Below are positions 33,451 to 42,024 of a stretch of 64,000 bases of DNA, piece by piece; positions within the stretch are counted from its first letter, which is position 1; every line of letters starts with the position of its first letter. Origin of the DNA: an uncultured Pseudomonadales bacterium. GTDB lineage: Bacteria; Patescibacteriota; Microgenomatia; UBA1400; Chazhemtobacteraceae. The stretch lies in contig CAZUBK010000005.1 of assembly GCA_964618725.1 (NCBI GenBank), positions 11,569 to 75,568 of the forward strand. Reading direction: 5' to 3'. Under the pieces are notes generated by a model that was not told where the DNA came from, did not search any database, and saw nothing but the letters and a program-made list of their open reading frames with translations. A program made the translations under genes and the position numbers.

Positions 33451-34272
33451 TTATCTCCAACTCGTGATGTAAAAACTAACCAACAAAACCACTATTGCTA
33501 CTGCGACGTATTCATTTATCTGATTCTTAAACAACCGACCCACTAGATGCTGCTCTGCTAAACCCAACATCACATATAAACTAGTGATCAGAACCAGCGC
33601 CCCTGTCAGGGCCCGAAGCGGCCACAGACTCAACGTCATCCCAATCTCTGCACAAATCAAGGCAATCACAAACGAATAAACTATTATCTTTCTGGATAAT
33701 CCTTCCTTTAGTTGCATCGACCAGTTACCCTGCACCGATAAAAGAAAACTTAGGACACTAACTGTTAGGCCCATCGCCCACCAAGACAAGCGAAACGAAA
33801 AAATTGCCTGAAACAAAAAAACTCCTACAATAAGTGTCAACAAGAAACCTGCCGTATGAGCCGCTCTGAGCAACTGAATTGTTCTGATCGCTGCCACACT
33901 AAAGATGTTCTCAGTCAGATATAAAGCATAGAGTCCCACACTAAATCCCAACCAAAACACCATCTTTATCAAATTAGCCAGAAGCAATGCCACCTCTGTC
34001 TCGAATCTTATACCGAAAATCCTCGGTAAAGCTGCCGGCAGAAACAAACTAAACAGACCTGCACCCAAAGTAAATAAAACAGGCAGAATCAAAACCGTAA
34101 ACCACTCAACTCCTTTCAAATCCTCAAACAAAACCCACGCCGAAATAAGATAAGATGCGACTGAAAGAGCCAAAATTGCCTGTATTCTGTGTTCCGGTAA
34201 AATGAACTGAGTCGTCCACAAGGTCACCGCCAAAAAAAGACTTGCAAGAACATACTTCATTCGCTTGCTCAT
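33451..34272 (-). CDS. polytopic membrane protein, unknown function
   Basis: The 273-aa ORF has about 8 hydrophobic helices. Confidence 0.5.
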   Translation of the reverse strand: MSKRMKYVLASLFLAVTLWTTQFILPEHRIQAILALSVASYLISAWVLFEDLKGVEWFTVLILPVLFTLGAGLFSLFLPAALPRIFGIRFETEVALLLANLIKMVFWLGFSVGLYALYLTENIFSVAAIRTIQLLRAAHTAGFLLTLIVGVFLFQAIFSFRLSWWAMGLTVSVLSFLLSVQGNWSMQLKEGLSRKIIVYSFVIALICAEIGMTLSLWPLRALTGALVLITSLYVMLGLAEQHLVGRLFKNQINEYVAVAIVVLLVSFYITSWR

Positions 34273-34312
34273 GTGCCCATTCTATACCAAGATTGCGGTA
34301 CTCCGCCACCAA

Positions 34313-34837
34313 TCAAGCCAGATTAGTCCACACCTCAACTACATCATCCAGTTCGTCTAATTGATCAAGTAAAATCTCTACTTTTTCTTTACTCCCGTCA
34401 GGCAAGGTTATCCTAGGGATCGGCTGGATATGCTTAAGATAAGTTACCGAACCAGGACCCCCAATACTTCCACCCGCCTTCTCCATTAGGTTTCTCACAT
34501 CAGACCCCGTCCTATTTCGATTGTCTGTCACACAGGAAACTATCATCCCCACGCCAAATGGTCCATAGCCCTCGTAAGACACCTCCTCAAGCCTCCCCCC
34601 TTCCCCCTTACCTAGTCCCCTTTCTATCGCACGTCGCACATTGTCATTGGGCATATTCGCCTGCCTGGCCTTATCAACATACAATCGTAAACTAGGGTTA
34701 GAATTAGGGTCCCCATTCCCTCCTTGTTGAACTGCTATGGTTATCTGCTTCGCCAATTTAGTAAATACCTTTCCCTTCTTGGCATCAGTGATTGCTTTCT
34801 TGTGCTTAATTGTTGACCATTTGCTATGTCCCGACAT
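34313..34837 (-). CDS. YebC/PmpR-family transcriptional regulator (short form)
   Basis: MSGHSKWSTIKHKKA...VSCVTDNRNRTGSDVR matches the YebC N-terminal and central domains. At 174 aa it is shorter than the usual roughly 240. Confidence 0.8.
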   Translation of the reverse strand: MSGHSKWSTIKHKKAITDAKKGKVFTKLAKQITIAVQQGGNGDPNSNPSLRLYVDKARQANMPNDNVRRAIERGLGKGEGGRLEEVSYEGYGPFGVGMIVSCVTDNRNRTGSDVRNLMEKAGGSIGGPGSVTYLKHIQPIPRITLPDGSKEKVEILLDQLDELDDVVEVWTNLA

Positions 34838-35035
34838 GAAGTCATTGTACCACCAGGCATAAGTTTGGGCCGCGATACTCGCGGCCCAAAAATTACTTCA
34901 GGTGACTAACATACCCGGGGCGCTGCGCCCGCTCATAAAATCGCTTTGCCACCTTGCGGCGACGTGCCAGGTAGGCTTCCTGCCAACCCTTCTTCAAAAT
35001 AACCTTCACTTCACGCCTCCGTTGGGAAAGATTAA
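34838..35035 (-). promoter_or_regulatory. GC-rich 5' leader of yebC-family gene with two strong hairpins (gggcgc/gcgccc and gggccgcg/cgcggccc)
   Basis: The leader lies between a consensus promoter and the yebC start. Its local GC is far above the surroundings and it holds a perfect 8-bp GC stem. Confidence 0.4.
34893..35009 (-). CDS. possible 38-codon upstream ORF (leader peptide) rich in Arg/Lys
   Basis: GGAGG sits 6 nt before GTG 35009. The peptide is VKVILKKGWQEAYLARRRKVAKRFYERAQRPGYVSHLK. Its stop codon abuts the 8-bp GC hairpin. Confidence 0.2.
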   Translation of the reverse strand: MKVILKKGWQEAYLARRRKVAKRFYERAQRPGYVSHLK

Positions 35036-35041
35036 TATGAC

Positions 35042-35070
35042 CATAATAGCAGAAAAACAACTGTTTGTCA
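35042..35070 (-). promoter_or_regulatory. near-consensus sigma70 promoter TTGACA-17-TATTAT reading toward yebC
   Basis: Read directly from the reverse complement of 35042-35070. Confidence 0.5.
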
Positions 35071-35100
35071 AGACTATGGGTTTTGCTACTCTCCCTGCTC

Positions 35101-35129
35101 CTTGACTCTGGCTGTCACATACATTAAAT
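35101..35129 (+). promoter_or_regulatory. sigma70-like promoter TTGACT-17-TAAATT for the TPR gene (very short leader)
   Basis: Read directly. The ATG lies 11 nt after the -10. Confidence 0.35.
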
Positions 35130-35140
35130 TTGCCTAAGTT

Positions 35141-35848
35141 ATGAACCAAAGCCTTCCAGAGCTCAACCAAGCCGCCATCCATGCTTCCCTTACCCAACAA
35201 TGGGCCGCCGCAATTGATCTTAACCTTCACATAGTCCAATTAGATCCCACAAACATCTCTGCCCTTAACCGTCTTGCCAAAGCGTACGAAGAGACTGGCG
35301 AGATAGATAAAGCCCTTAAGTCGTACAACAAAGTTATCAAAATTGACAAGTACAACCGCATCGCCTTAAACAACATCGCTCGCCTTCAAAATCTTAAAAA
35401 ATCGCCCCACAAAGCCTCTTCCGGCCAATCATCTAACTTCAGCTTTATTGAAGAGCCTGGTAAAACCAAAACTGTCTTTTTAACTAAACTCGCTTCCAAC
35501 CAGACCCTCTCCAATCTACGCACTTCTCAACTGATTCACCTCAAAACCAGTAAACGTCGCATCAGTGCCTCCACCCAAGATGGGACCTTTGTTGGTTATC
35601 TGCCCGACGACCTATCCACTCACCTTACCCGTTTAATCAAACTCGGTAATGTCTACGAAGCCGCCATCAAAAACGCCACCAAAGAAGGCATTGAGATTTT
35701 TATCCGCGAAACCAAGAGAAGCAGTCGGCTCAAAGGCTTGCCCTCATTCTCCCTTAAAGATACACAAAAGTATTATCAGTTCCTCCCCACAGAACCCCTT
35801 TCTGAAGTCCCTTTGGAAATCATTGATAGCGAGTCAGAGTCTGTCTAA
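35141..35848 (+). CDS. TPR-repeat-containing hypothetical protein
   Basis: The N-terminal 100 aa have TPR-like helix pairs (ALNRLAKAYEETGEIDKALKSYNKVIKID). Confidence 0.45.
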   Translation: MNQSLPELNQAAIHASLTQQWAAAIDLNLHIVQLDPTNISALNRLAKAYEETGEIDKALKSYNKVIKIDKYNRIALNNIARLQNLKKSPHKASSGQSSNFSFIEEPGKTKTVFLTKLASNQTLSNLRTSQLIHLKTSKRRISASTQDGTFVGYLPDDLSTHLTRLIKLGNVYEAAIKNATKEGIEIFIRETKRSSRLKGLPSFSLKDTQKYYQFLPTEPLSEVPLEIIDSESESV

Positions 35849-35852
35849 ACCA

Positions 35853-36770
35853 CTAACGATAATACTCACCCCATTTCTTACCCAACACCACAGTTGCTTG
35901 AAACATTTCGCCTTCCGAAACCTCTTTCTTGCAATCTAGTTTCTCTTCAAACCATCTCACCATAATCTCTTCAGTATCCTTTTCCCCCACCTTCACCAAA
36001 CACCACCCTTCTCCTGGATCAGCCTTTTCTATCCGTGCTGTCAGCCCACCAACCGCCAAAATCATTCTTTCTGCCAATGATGCTGTTTGTGCCATTCCGC
36101 TTCGATCATTCACAATAATTCTTAATCGACTAGCCAGGATCTTTTCATTGATAAATTCCTGACGAATCTTCTCTAATCTCTCTGGGTTTACCACTATCGT
36201 CTCACTACCGTCCGGCAGTGTCTTTGTCTCCCCCAACTTGGCAGACAACTCAATTTCCCTGTATTGATCCTCGCGCAAAGAAGTTAAGAACCAAGCTAGC
36301 CTCAGCCTATCGACCAATGGCAAATCTGTTACCACTGGCCTCAGAAACAGTCGTGGCTCAACTTTATCTTTATCTACTACATGTAGTAATCCATCTACTT
36401 TTACACCAAAGAAACTCTCCACCGTCGTTTTTGTCGTCATGATTGCTCGTCCTTCGCCTTCTCCAAATTTCCATATCGAACCCGCTTTAAGCATCCCTTC
36501 CATCCCCACCACCGGCATCATCATATTTCTAGGAATTCTCATCGTTACCACTTGTTTTGCGACCGGATTAATTACTACCAAACTCAAATCATCTCCCACC
36601 AGAACAACTAAATAGTTGAAGTCCCGACTCCAGAGCGACCGGATCTGTGAGATACCCAAAAGTACCAACAAACAAAGAAGAAGAACCAACAGTCCTCGTG
36701 CCACAAATCGCCAGTTTTTCTCCTTTACTTTTCTGTCCATGACACGCTCTGATAATCCTTCCTCCATCAT
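35853..36770 (-). CDS. LytR-CpsA-Psr (LCP) family protein-like
   Basis: The 305-aa ORF has an N-terminal TM and a pattern (LVVLVGDD..., TMRIPRNMM) that resembles the LCP domain. Confidence 0.4.
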   Translation of the reverse strand: MMEEGLSERVMDRKVKEKNWRFVARGLLVLLLCLLVLLGISQIRSLWSRDFNYLVVLVGDDLSLVVINPVAKQVVTMRIPRNMMMPVVGMEGMLKAGSIWKFGEGEGRAIMTTKTTVESFFGVKVDGLLHVVDKDKVEPRLFLRPVVTDLPLVDRLRLAWFLTSLREDQYREIELSAKLGETKTLPDGSETIVVNPERLEKIRQEFINEKILASRLRIIVNDRSGMAQTASLAERMILAVGGLTARIEKADPGEGWCLVKVGEKDTEEIMVRWFEEKLDCKKEVSEGEMFQATVVLGKKWGEYYR

Positions 36771-36785
36771 CCCACTCTACCAAAT

Positions 36786-37910
36786 TTACTCTCTCATTTG
36801 CTCAGTCAAAGACACAATAAATCTCACATTATGTATACTCGCCAGACGATAATACAAAAGCTCCTTGTTCATATATAAATGTCGCAGATACCCCCGAGAA
36901 TAACCGGCCATACACGTCGCACAGTCACAGCCCTCCATGATTATTTTTCTATCTAGTCTCCATTCATTGCGACTGATAACCAACCTGCCTTTATTAAATT
37001 CCGATTCAAAAACAAATCCTTTCTCCCTATTTCCTATCAACTTACCACTAAACAAAGCACCGTTCCGCGCTAGTCTTGTCGGCCCAACACAATCAAACAT
37101 GTCAACTCCGCTCGTCACCAATGCAACTATGTTTGCCGGATCTCTCCCTGCTCCCATTGCGTAAAAGGGTTTCTTTGAATCTAAAAAGGGCTTTACCCAA
37201 CCGATCTGTTCCACTGTCTTTTTCATATCATATCCAACACTCTCACCCCCAATCGCCACCCCCGGCAGATCCTGCTCCTCAACAAATCTGGCTGACTCTT
37301 CCCGTAATTTCCTATAATCCCCCCCCTGAATGATTCCAAACAACGACTGTTGTCCCGCCTTTCTCAACCACTCTTCTTTAGATCTAATTAACCAACGATG
37401 CGTCCGCTTAAGGGCCAGTCTACTGTAACTTTCATCGGTCATCGGCGTACACTCGTCAAAAGCCATAATGATATCTGCTCCCAAAGCTCGTTGAATCCGA
37501 ATTGAACTTTCCGCGTTCATCCGCAATTGACTTCCATCAAGATGTGATCGAAAAACTACTCCTTCATCATCAATCTTGACATTTTTTCCCAAACTAAATA
37601 CTTGGAATCCTCCCGAATCTGTCAAAGTTGGTCTATCCCAGTTCATAAATCGACTCACGCCACCCATTTCCTCAACCACTTTCTCACCAGGACGAAGATG
37701 TAAATGATAAGTATTCCCCAGCACGATCTCTACCCCACAACTCAGTAAATCCTCCGCAGACAAACTCTTGACGCTACCTGCCGTTGCCACCGCCATGAAT
37801 ACCGGTGTCTTCACCTGCCCTCGAGGTAAAAATAACTCTCCCACCCTGCCCGACCTATCATCTTTGAGTAACTTAAACTTCAACATCGATCGGCAGTAAC
37901 TTTCTAACAA
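36786..37910 (-). CDS. tgt: queuine tRNA-ribosyltransferase
   Basis: The 374-aa ORF has the substrate pocket DSGGFQ and zinc ligands CDCATC...H. Confidence 0.9.
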   Translation of the reverse strand: MLESYCRSMLKFKLLKDDRSGRVGELFLPRGQVKTPVFMAVATAGSVKSLSAEDLLSCGVEIVLGNTYHLHLRPGEKVVEEMGGVSRFMNWDRPTLTDSGGFQVFSLGKNVKIDDEGVVFRSHLDGSQLRMNAESSIRIQRALGADIIMAFDECTPMTDESYSRLALKRTHRWLIRSKEEWLRKAGQQSLFGIIQGGDYRKLREESARFVEEQDLPGVAIGGESVGYDMKKTVEQIGWVKPFLDSKKPFYAMGAGRDPANIVALVTSGVDMFDCVGPTRLARNGALFSGKLIGNREKGFVFESEFNKGRLVISRNEWRLDRKIIMEGCDCATCMAGYSRGYLRHLYMNKELLYYRLASIHNVRFIVSLTEQMRE

Positions 37911-38622
37911 GTCTTTCTAAATCCTCCGCTAGTGGCGCCTTAAATTTGACCCTCTCCCCCGTCACCGGATGTGTCAACTCAAGCATTTCCGCATGCAATG
38001 CGTGCCTACCCAGCACTCTCTTGTCTTCCGCAAGCTTCCTTTTTATCAAATACTTGCTGTCACTTACTAGAGGATGTCCTAGATGTGCCATGTGGACTCG
38101 AATCTGATGTGTCCTTCCCGTCACGGGAAATAATCTCACTAAAGACCATACCTCCCCACCCAAAGACCGGGCAGGAGACAAATAGTAACCCACCACCTCC
38201 CATGCTGTTTCTGCCATCTTGCCCTCATATCCTACTGCCCATCTCCTTCGATCCACCCTGTCTCGTGTTAATGGCAACTTAATCGTTCCCCTCTTCGGCT
38301 CCAATTTCCCATGAACAAGCGCCAGGTATTGCTTCTTTACTTCCCTTTCCTTAAATTGACGCATTAACTCCATTAACACCCCTGTAGACTTGGCCAAGAC
38401 CAGGCAACCACTTGTCTCTTTATCTAGTCGATGTGCCAATCCTGACCTAGCTGACAACTCATCATCCACTTTAAACGATGGTCTAAGACCTAGATGTTCA
38501 AATGCCAAATCTGCTACCGTTTCACCGCTAGTCGTGGTCGCCCGGTTGACTGTAATCCCCGCCGGTTTATTTATCACCCACAACGACCCATCCTCATAAA
38601 GAGTTGTTAGCTTTAGTTTCAT
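37873..38622 (-). CDS. RluA-family pseudouridine synthase
   Basis: The catalytic motif HRLDKETSGCLVLAK is present. Confidence 0.8.
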   Translation of the reverse strand: MKLKLTTLYEDGSLWVINKPAGITVNRATTTSGETVADLAFEHLGLRPSFKVDDELSARSGLAHRLDKETSGCLVLAKSTGVLMELMRQFKEREVKKQYLALVHGKLEPKRGTIKLPLTRDRVDRRRWAVGYEGKMAETAWEVVGYYLSPARSLGGEVWSLVRLFPVTGRTHQIRVHMAHLGHPLVSDSKYLIKRKLAEDKRVLGRHALHAEMLELTHPVTGERVKFKAPLAEDLERLVRKLLPIDVEV

Positions 38623-39007
38623 TTTTTGTGATCTCCCGCCAAATAATTAAGCATACTGCTATAGTCAGATATATATCGGCTACATTAAACCACAAACCTA
38701 CCCCTGGTAGCCAGAGCCAATCTGTAACCGTTCCAAAAACTATTCGATCCCCCAAGTTCCCCACTCCACCCGCAATTAATAAAGTCTTCTCCCACTCTGA
38801 CAATGTTTTAAAGAACAAAGATAATAAAAGCAGTCCAAATAGAGTCAGAACCAAACCATAATTCGAAAACATCCCAAATCCAACCCCCTGATTAACAAAA
38901 ATCGGAAATCCTTTCCTCGCCACAAGCGTACTCACCCACCCCAAGGATACTAAAAAAAAGACCCATCTATTTACCCTGCTTTTCTTTAAGTTTCTCACAA
39001 CTGACAC
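38594..39007 (-). CDS. lspA: lipoprotein signal peptidase (signal peptidase II)
   Basis: The 137-aa ORF has 4 TM segments and motifs GGVGNLGDR and FNVADIYL. Confidence 0.8.
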   Translation of the reverse strand: MSVVRNLKKSRVNRWVFFLVSLGWVSTLVARKGFPIFVNQGVGFGMFSNYGLVLTLFGLLLLSLFFKTLSEWEKTLLIAGGVGNLGDRIVFGTVTDWLWLPGVGLWFNVADIYLTIAVCLIIWREITKNETKANNSL

Positions 39008-39350
39008 AAAACTCCGCCGTTGGATTAATTGCCAATCTGTCCGTATCTATCATCCTCCCACAATTAGCGCACACCCCATATCTACCCACTTTGATCCTCG
39101 TTAATGCTTTTCGAATATTAATCAATGCTTTGTCAACCTCTACCCTTATTATCGACACTCGCTCGTGACCGATTAACTCCGCTACCTCAGTGTCTACTGC
39201 TGCATTATCCATTTCCCGATCAGTCATCTTAAACGGATCTTCTTTCTCTAACCTCTTTTTTTGCTGTCTTAATCTTTTTTCCTCACCTAAAAGATAACTA
39301 GCCACTGGCTCGAGCAATTTAGCTGGAAATTTAATTACGGGTTTTAGCAT
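38967..39350 (-). CDS. DksA/TraR-family C4 zinc-finger protein
   Basis: The C-terminus is CANCGRMID...EFCVSCEK, preceded by a coiled-coil. Confidence 0.6.
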   Translation of the reverse strand: MLKPVIKFPAKLLEPVASYLLGEEKRLRQQKKRLEKEDPFKMTDREMDNAAVDTEVAELIGHERVSIIRVEVDKALINIRKALTRIKVGRYGVCANCGRMIDTDRLAINPTAEFCVSCEKLKEKQGK

Positions 39351-39402
39351 ATTTCTTAAAGTCTCAATCAGTCTACAAGATCCTACTCCTTAAGGAAAGA
39401 CC

Positions 39403-40206
39403 TCACTTTTTCTTTCTAAAAGGCATCTGTAACAGCTTTAGATCATTAAGAAAAGTCCTCCCCGACCTAATGTATATGCCACTCATTCCGAAAACAAGGC
39501 TAGATATTGCAAAGACTCGCTTCACCATCAGTTCCACACCTCCTTGATACCCAAAGCTGCTTACAAAAAATACTATGCCGATAAGAGCCATAAACATAAA
39601 CCACAGAAAACCGCTTTTAGCTGTACTTTTACCTGCCCTGTACCACTCGATTGTCTTATACTTCGGCTCCAGTTTCCAAAGCCATAAAAAAACTAACAGT
39701 AAACCTACTGCCTCGAACAATTGAATTGGCAAAACCCTTCCTTCTGCTCCCACCATCAAAACTCCAATTAAACTCGGCTTCCCTAAGCCTGTCCCATTCA
39801 ACAAAGCCGCTATCCTTCCCACCACTAAACCCAACCCCCCCCCCAAAGCAGCAATGTCTAACCAAACGAATACATCCCGCCTTTTCTGCCAACATAAAAA
39901 AACTAAGATTGCCACCCCTCCCAACAAACTACCCCACATCGACAAACCAGTATATTGCGTGAACCAAATCCACTTAAGCGGACTCATCCCAAATGAAGCG
40001 GAATGTTCAATTAGATACACCACCCTTGCTCCCACCAATCCTCCAAATATCACCAAAAGAAAGCTATCAAAAAATTCTCTATCATCAATATGATACTCAA
40101 CAATCTTCTTCCAACTTACAAACAATCCCAAGACACAAGCAAGCACTAGTAAAAATCCAAAGCTATAGATAGTAACAACACCCAACTGAAAAACTACTGG
40201 CCACAT
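39403..40206 (-). CDS. lgt: prolipoprotein diacylglyceryl transferase
   Basis: The 267-aa polytopic ORF has a Lgt-like N-terminus and a G-rich signature region (GGLVGARV...). It forms an lgt-dksA-lspA run. Confidence 0.8.
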   Translation of the reverse strand: MWPVVFQLGVVTIYSFGFLLVLACVLGLFVSWKKIVEYHIDDREFFDSFLLVIFGGLVGARVVYLIEHSASFGMSPLKWIWFTQYTGLSMWGSLLGGVAILVFLCWQKRRDVFVWLDIAALGGGLGLVVGRIAALLNGTGLGKPSLIGVLMVGAEGRVLPIQLFEAVGLLLVFLWLWKLEPKYKTIEWYRAGKSTAKSGFLWFMFMALIGIVFFVSSFGYQGGVELMVKRVFAISSLVFGMSGIYIRSGRTFLNDLKLLQMPFRKKK

Positions 40207-40259
40207 AACTAGTTCAATATATCACAAAGCTTCTAGCTCAAATAATATATACTTATACA

Positions 40260-40706
40260 ATGCTCTCTATCGCCCATGGCCCCACCGGAGCCCTTATTGC
40301 TACCAAAGTCAGTAACCCCCTTATCTCCATTCCACTCATCCTCGCCTCTCATTTTCTCGAGGACAAGATCCCTCATTGGGATGTTGGCCAGGGTCTTACC
40401 AAAAAAACCAAATCAAAAAAAAGCGCCTTCTTTCAAGAGCTACTCATCGATTTTCCCACTTCACTCCTTTTTGTCTACTTTCTTTTTCAATACGGCCGCC
40501 CTTTTTCTTTCACCCCCTGGCTAGGCTGGTTCTTTGGTCTCCTCCCCGATTTTCTCGAGTTTCCCCGCAATTTTCTCGGTGGCCAACCCTTTTTTCTTAA
40601 ACCACTTAATCGATTCCATCACAACTTTCATCACTCCACTTCCAATAAGCTCATTGGGCTTATTCCTCAAATCATTCTCCTCATAGTCATCTATTTTCTG
40701 AGATAG
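40260..40706 (+). CDS. hypothetical membrane-associated protein
   Basis: The 148-aa ORF has a His-rich C-terminus (HHNFHH). Confidence 0.3.
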   Translation: MLSIAHGPTGALIATKVSNPLISIPLILASHFLEDKIPHWDVGQGLTKKTKSKKSAFFQELLIDFPTSLLFVYFLFQYGRPFSFTPWLGWFFGLLPDFLEFPRNFLGGQPFFLKPLNRFHHNFHHSTSNKLIGLIPQIILLIVIYFLR

Positions 40707-40710
40707 TCTT

Positions 40711-41280
40711 TCATTCATTCACCCTCATTGTGTATTCTCCCGTTGTCGTATTGACCTTGATCCTATCTCCTTCCTTGACAAACAAAGGTACTTGGACCGT
40801 CAAACCACTGAAGGTCGTTGCTGGCTTGTAGATATTCGTCGCACTATTTCCCTTTACCCAGGGTTCCGTCTCAGCAATCATCAGTACAACTGAAGGTGGC
40901 ACCTCCACTCCAATAATCTTCTCATCCCAAAACTGCATCCAAGCATTTTCTCCCTCCACTAGGTACTTCAAATCATCTCCCAAGACCTCTCTACCAATCT
41001 CTAATTGTTCATAAGTTCTCGGATCCATGAAATATACCTTCACTCCATCGCTGTATAGATATTGCATCTCCTTTTTCTCAAGCGCCACCTGTTCTACCCG
41101 GTTCCCCGATAGATATGATTTTGTCACAATTGACCCAGTCAATAAATTCTTTGCCTTTACCTTAATATTGGCACTCCCTCTACCAATTTTGCTGAAGTCA
41201 TATTTCATTACCTTAAATAGCTCTCCCCCTTCTTCAAAAGTAACACCTACTTTTAGTTTGTTTACATCAACGGCTGACAT
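40711..41280 (-). CDS. efp: elongation factor P
   Basis: The ORF has the KOW-like region (LKVGVTFEEGGELFKVMKYDFSKIGRGSANIKVKAKNL) and EF-P domains II and III. The start was set at the internal Met that gives the canonical roughly 190 aa. Confidence 0.85.
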   Translation of the reverse strand: MSAVDVNKLKVGVTFEEGGELFKVMKYDFSKIGRGSANIKVKAKNLLTGSIVTKSYLSGNRVEQVALEKKEMQYLYSDGVKVYFMDPRTYEQLEIGREVLGDDLKYLVEGENAWMQFWDEKIIGVEVPPSVVLMIAETEPWVKGNSATNIYKPATTFSGLTVQVPLFVKEGDRIKVNTTTGEYTMRVNE

Positions 41281-41477
41281 ATCTGTTTCATATTTGTAAT
41301 CTGTGCCTGGAGTGGGAGTCGGACCCACATGGAGTTGCCCCCATAGGTTTTTGAGACCTACGCGTATACCAGTTCCGCCATCCAGGCATGCAGTTATTCT
41401 ACCACCTTCCCTTTTTACCCTCCTCATGATATTATAAGCTATAGTTCTTTGAACATGACAAGATTGGAGATCGTAAA

Positions 41478-41996
41478 TTGGCTGCTACGTTGCGTCAGCT
41501 GTATCAAGACCTCGACGAATTCCCCGCCGCCCTGCTTATTATCATTATCTTTCTGAGCGGACTCGCCAGTCGTGGCGTCAGTTACATCCTTTTTAAGGCC
41601 GACATTCCCGTTTTTGATCAAGCGATAGCCATCTCCTCTATGTTTGCTTCTTCCTTCAGTCTAACGCTATTTCTTTTAGGTGCGGCATTCATGGAAGAAT
41701 TTATCTTCCGTGTCGGGAGCTATAATCTGGTCTCGCTCCTTCACAAGATCTTCAAAGCTCGATATCTCCCATATTGGCTCGTCATAGGGATTACAGTGTC
41801 TTTTCTCTTTGGCATTCTCCACACCAATTACCCACTCCACTTTCGTGTGATACAGGGTCTTACCGGCCTTCTCCTCTTTGCCATTTATACCAAGTCGAGC
41901 CAGGCTTTCGGACAACCTATCGCTTTTGTCCTGACTTCCCTGATCCATTTCTCCTTTAACTTCAGCGCCTTTCTTCTCTTCTTTCTCGTCAGCTAA
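41478..41996 (+). CDS. CPBP-family intramembrane metalloprotease (CAAX protease/Abi-like)
   Basis: The motifs EEFIFR and FGILH...HFSFN sit in TM segments. Confidence 0.6.
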   Translation: MAATLRQLYQDLDEFPAALLIIIIFLSGLASRGVSYILFKADIPVFDQAIAISSMFASSFSLTLFLLGAAFMEEFIFRVGSYNLVSLLHKIFKARYLPYWLVIGITVSFLFGILHTNYPLHFRVIQGLTGLLLFAIYTKSSQAFGQPIAFVLTSLIHFSFNFSAFLLFFLVS

Positions 41997-42024
41997 CCAC
42001 TCACCCCCGTTTCCCCCGGGGGTT

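Noticed and set aside
34838-35035. Considered that the GC-rich segment is an SRP RNA or RNase P RNA fragment
   Set aside because: The conserved SRP domain IV (GGAAGGAAGCAGC) and RNase P P4 (GGAAAGTCCGGGC) strings are absent. Its placement between a promoter and the yebC start fits a 5' leader better.
35006-35239. 77-aa minus-strand ORF overlapping the TPR gene start and the promoter region
   Set aside because: It lies upstream of, and across, the minus-strand promoter that serves yebC. It overlaps a plus-strand gene with a good promoter and has no RBS.
40711-41427. 238-aa version of EF-P with a 50-aa N-terminal extension
   Set aside because: Canonical EF-P length and the KOW region are obtained from the internal Met at 41280. 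The extension has no homology.
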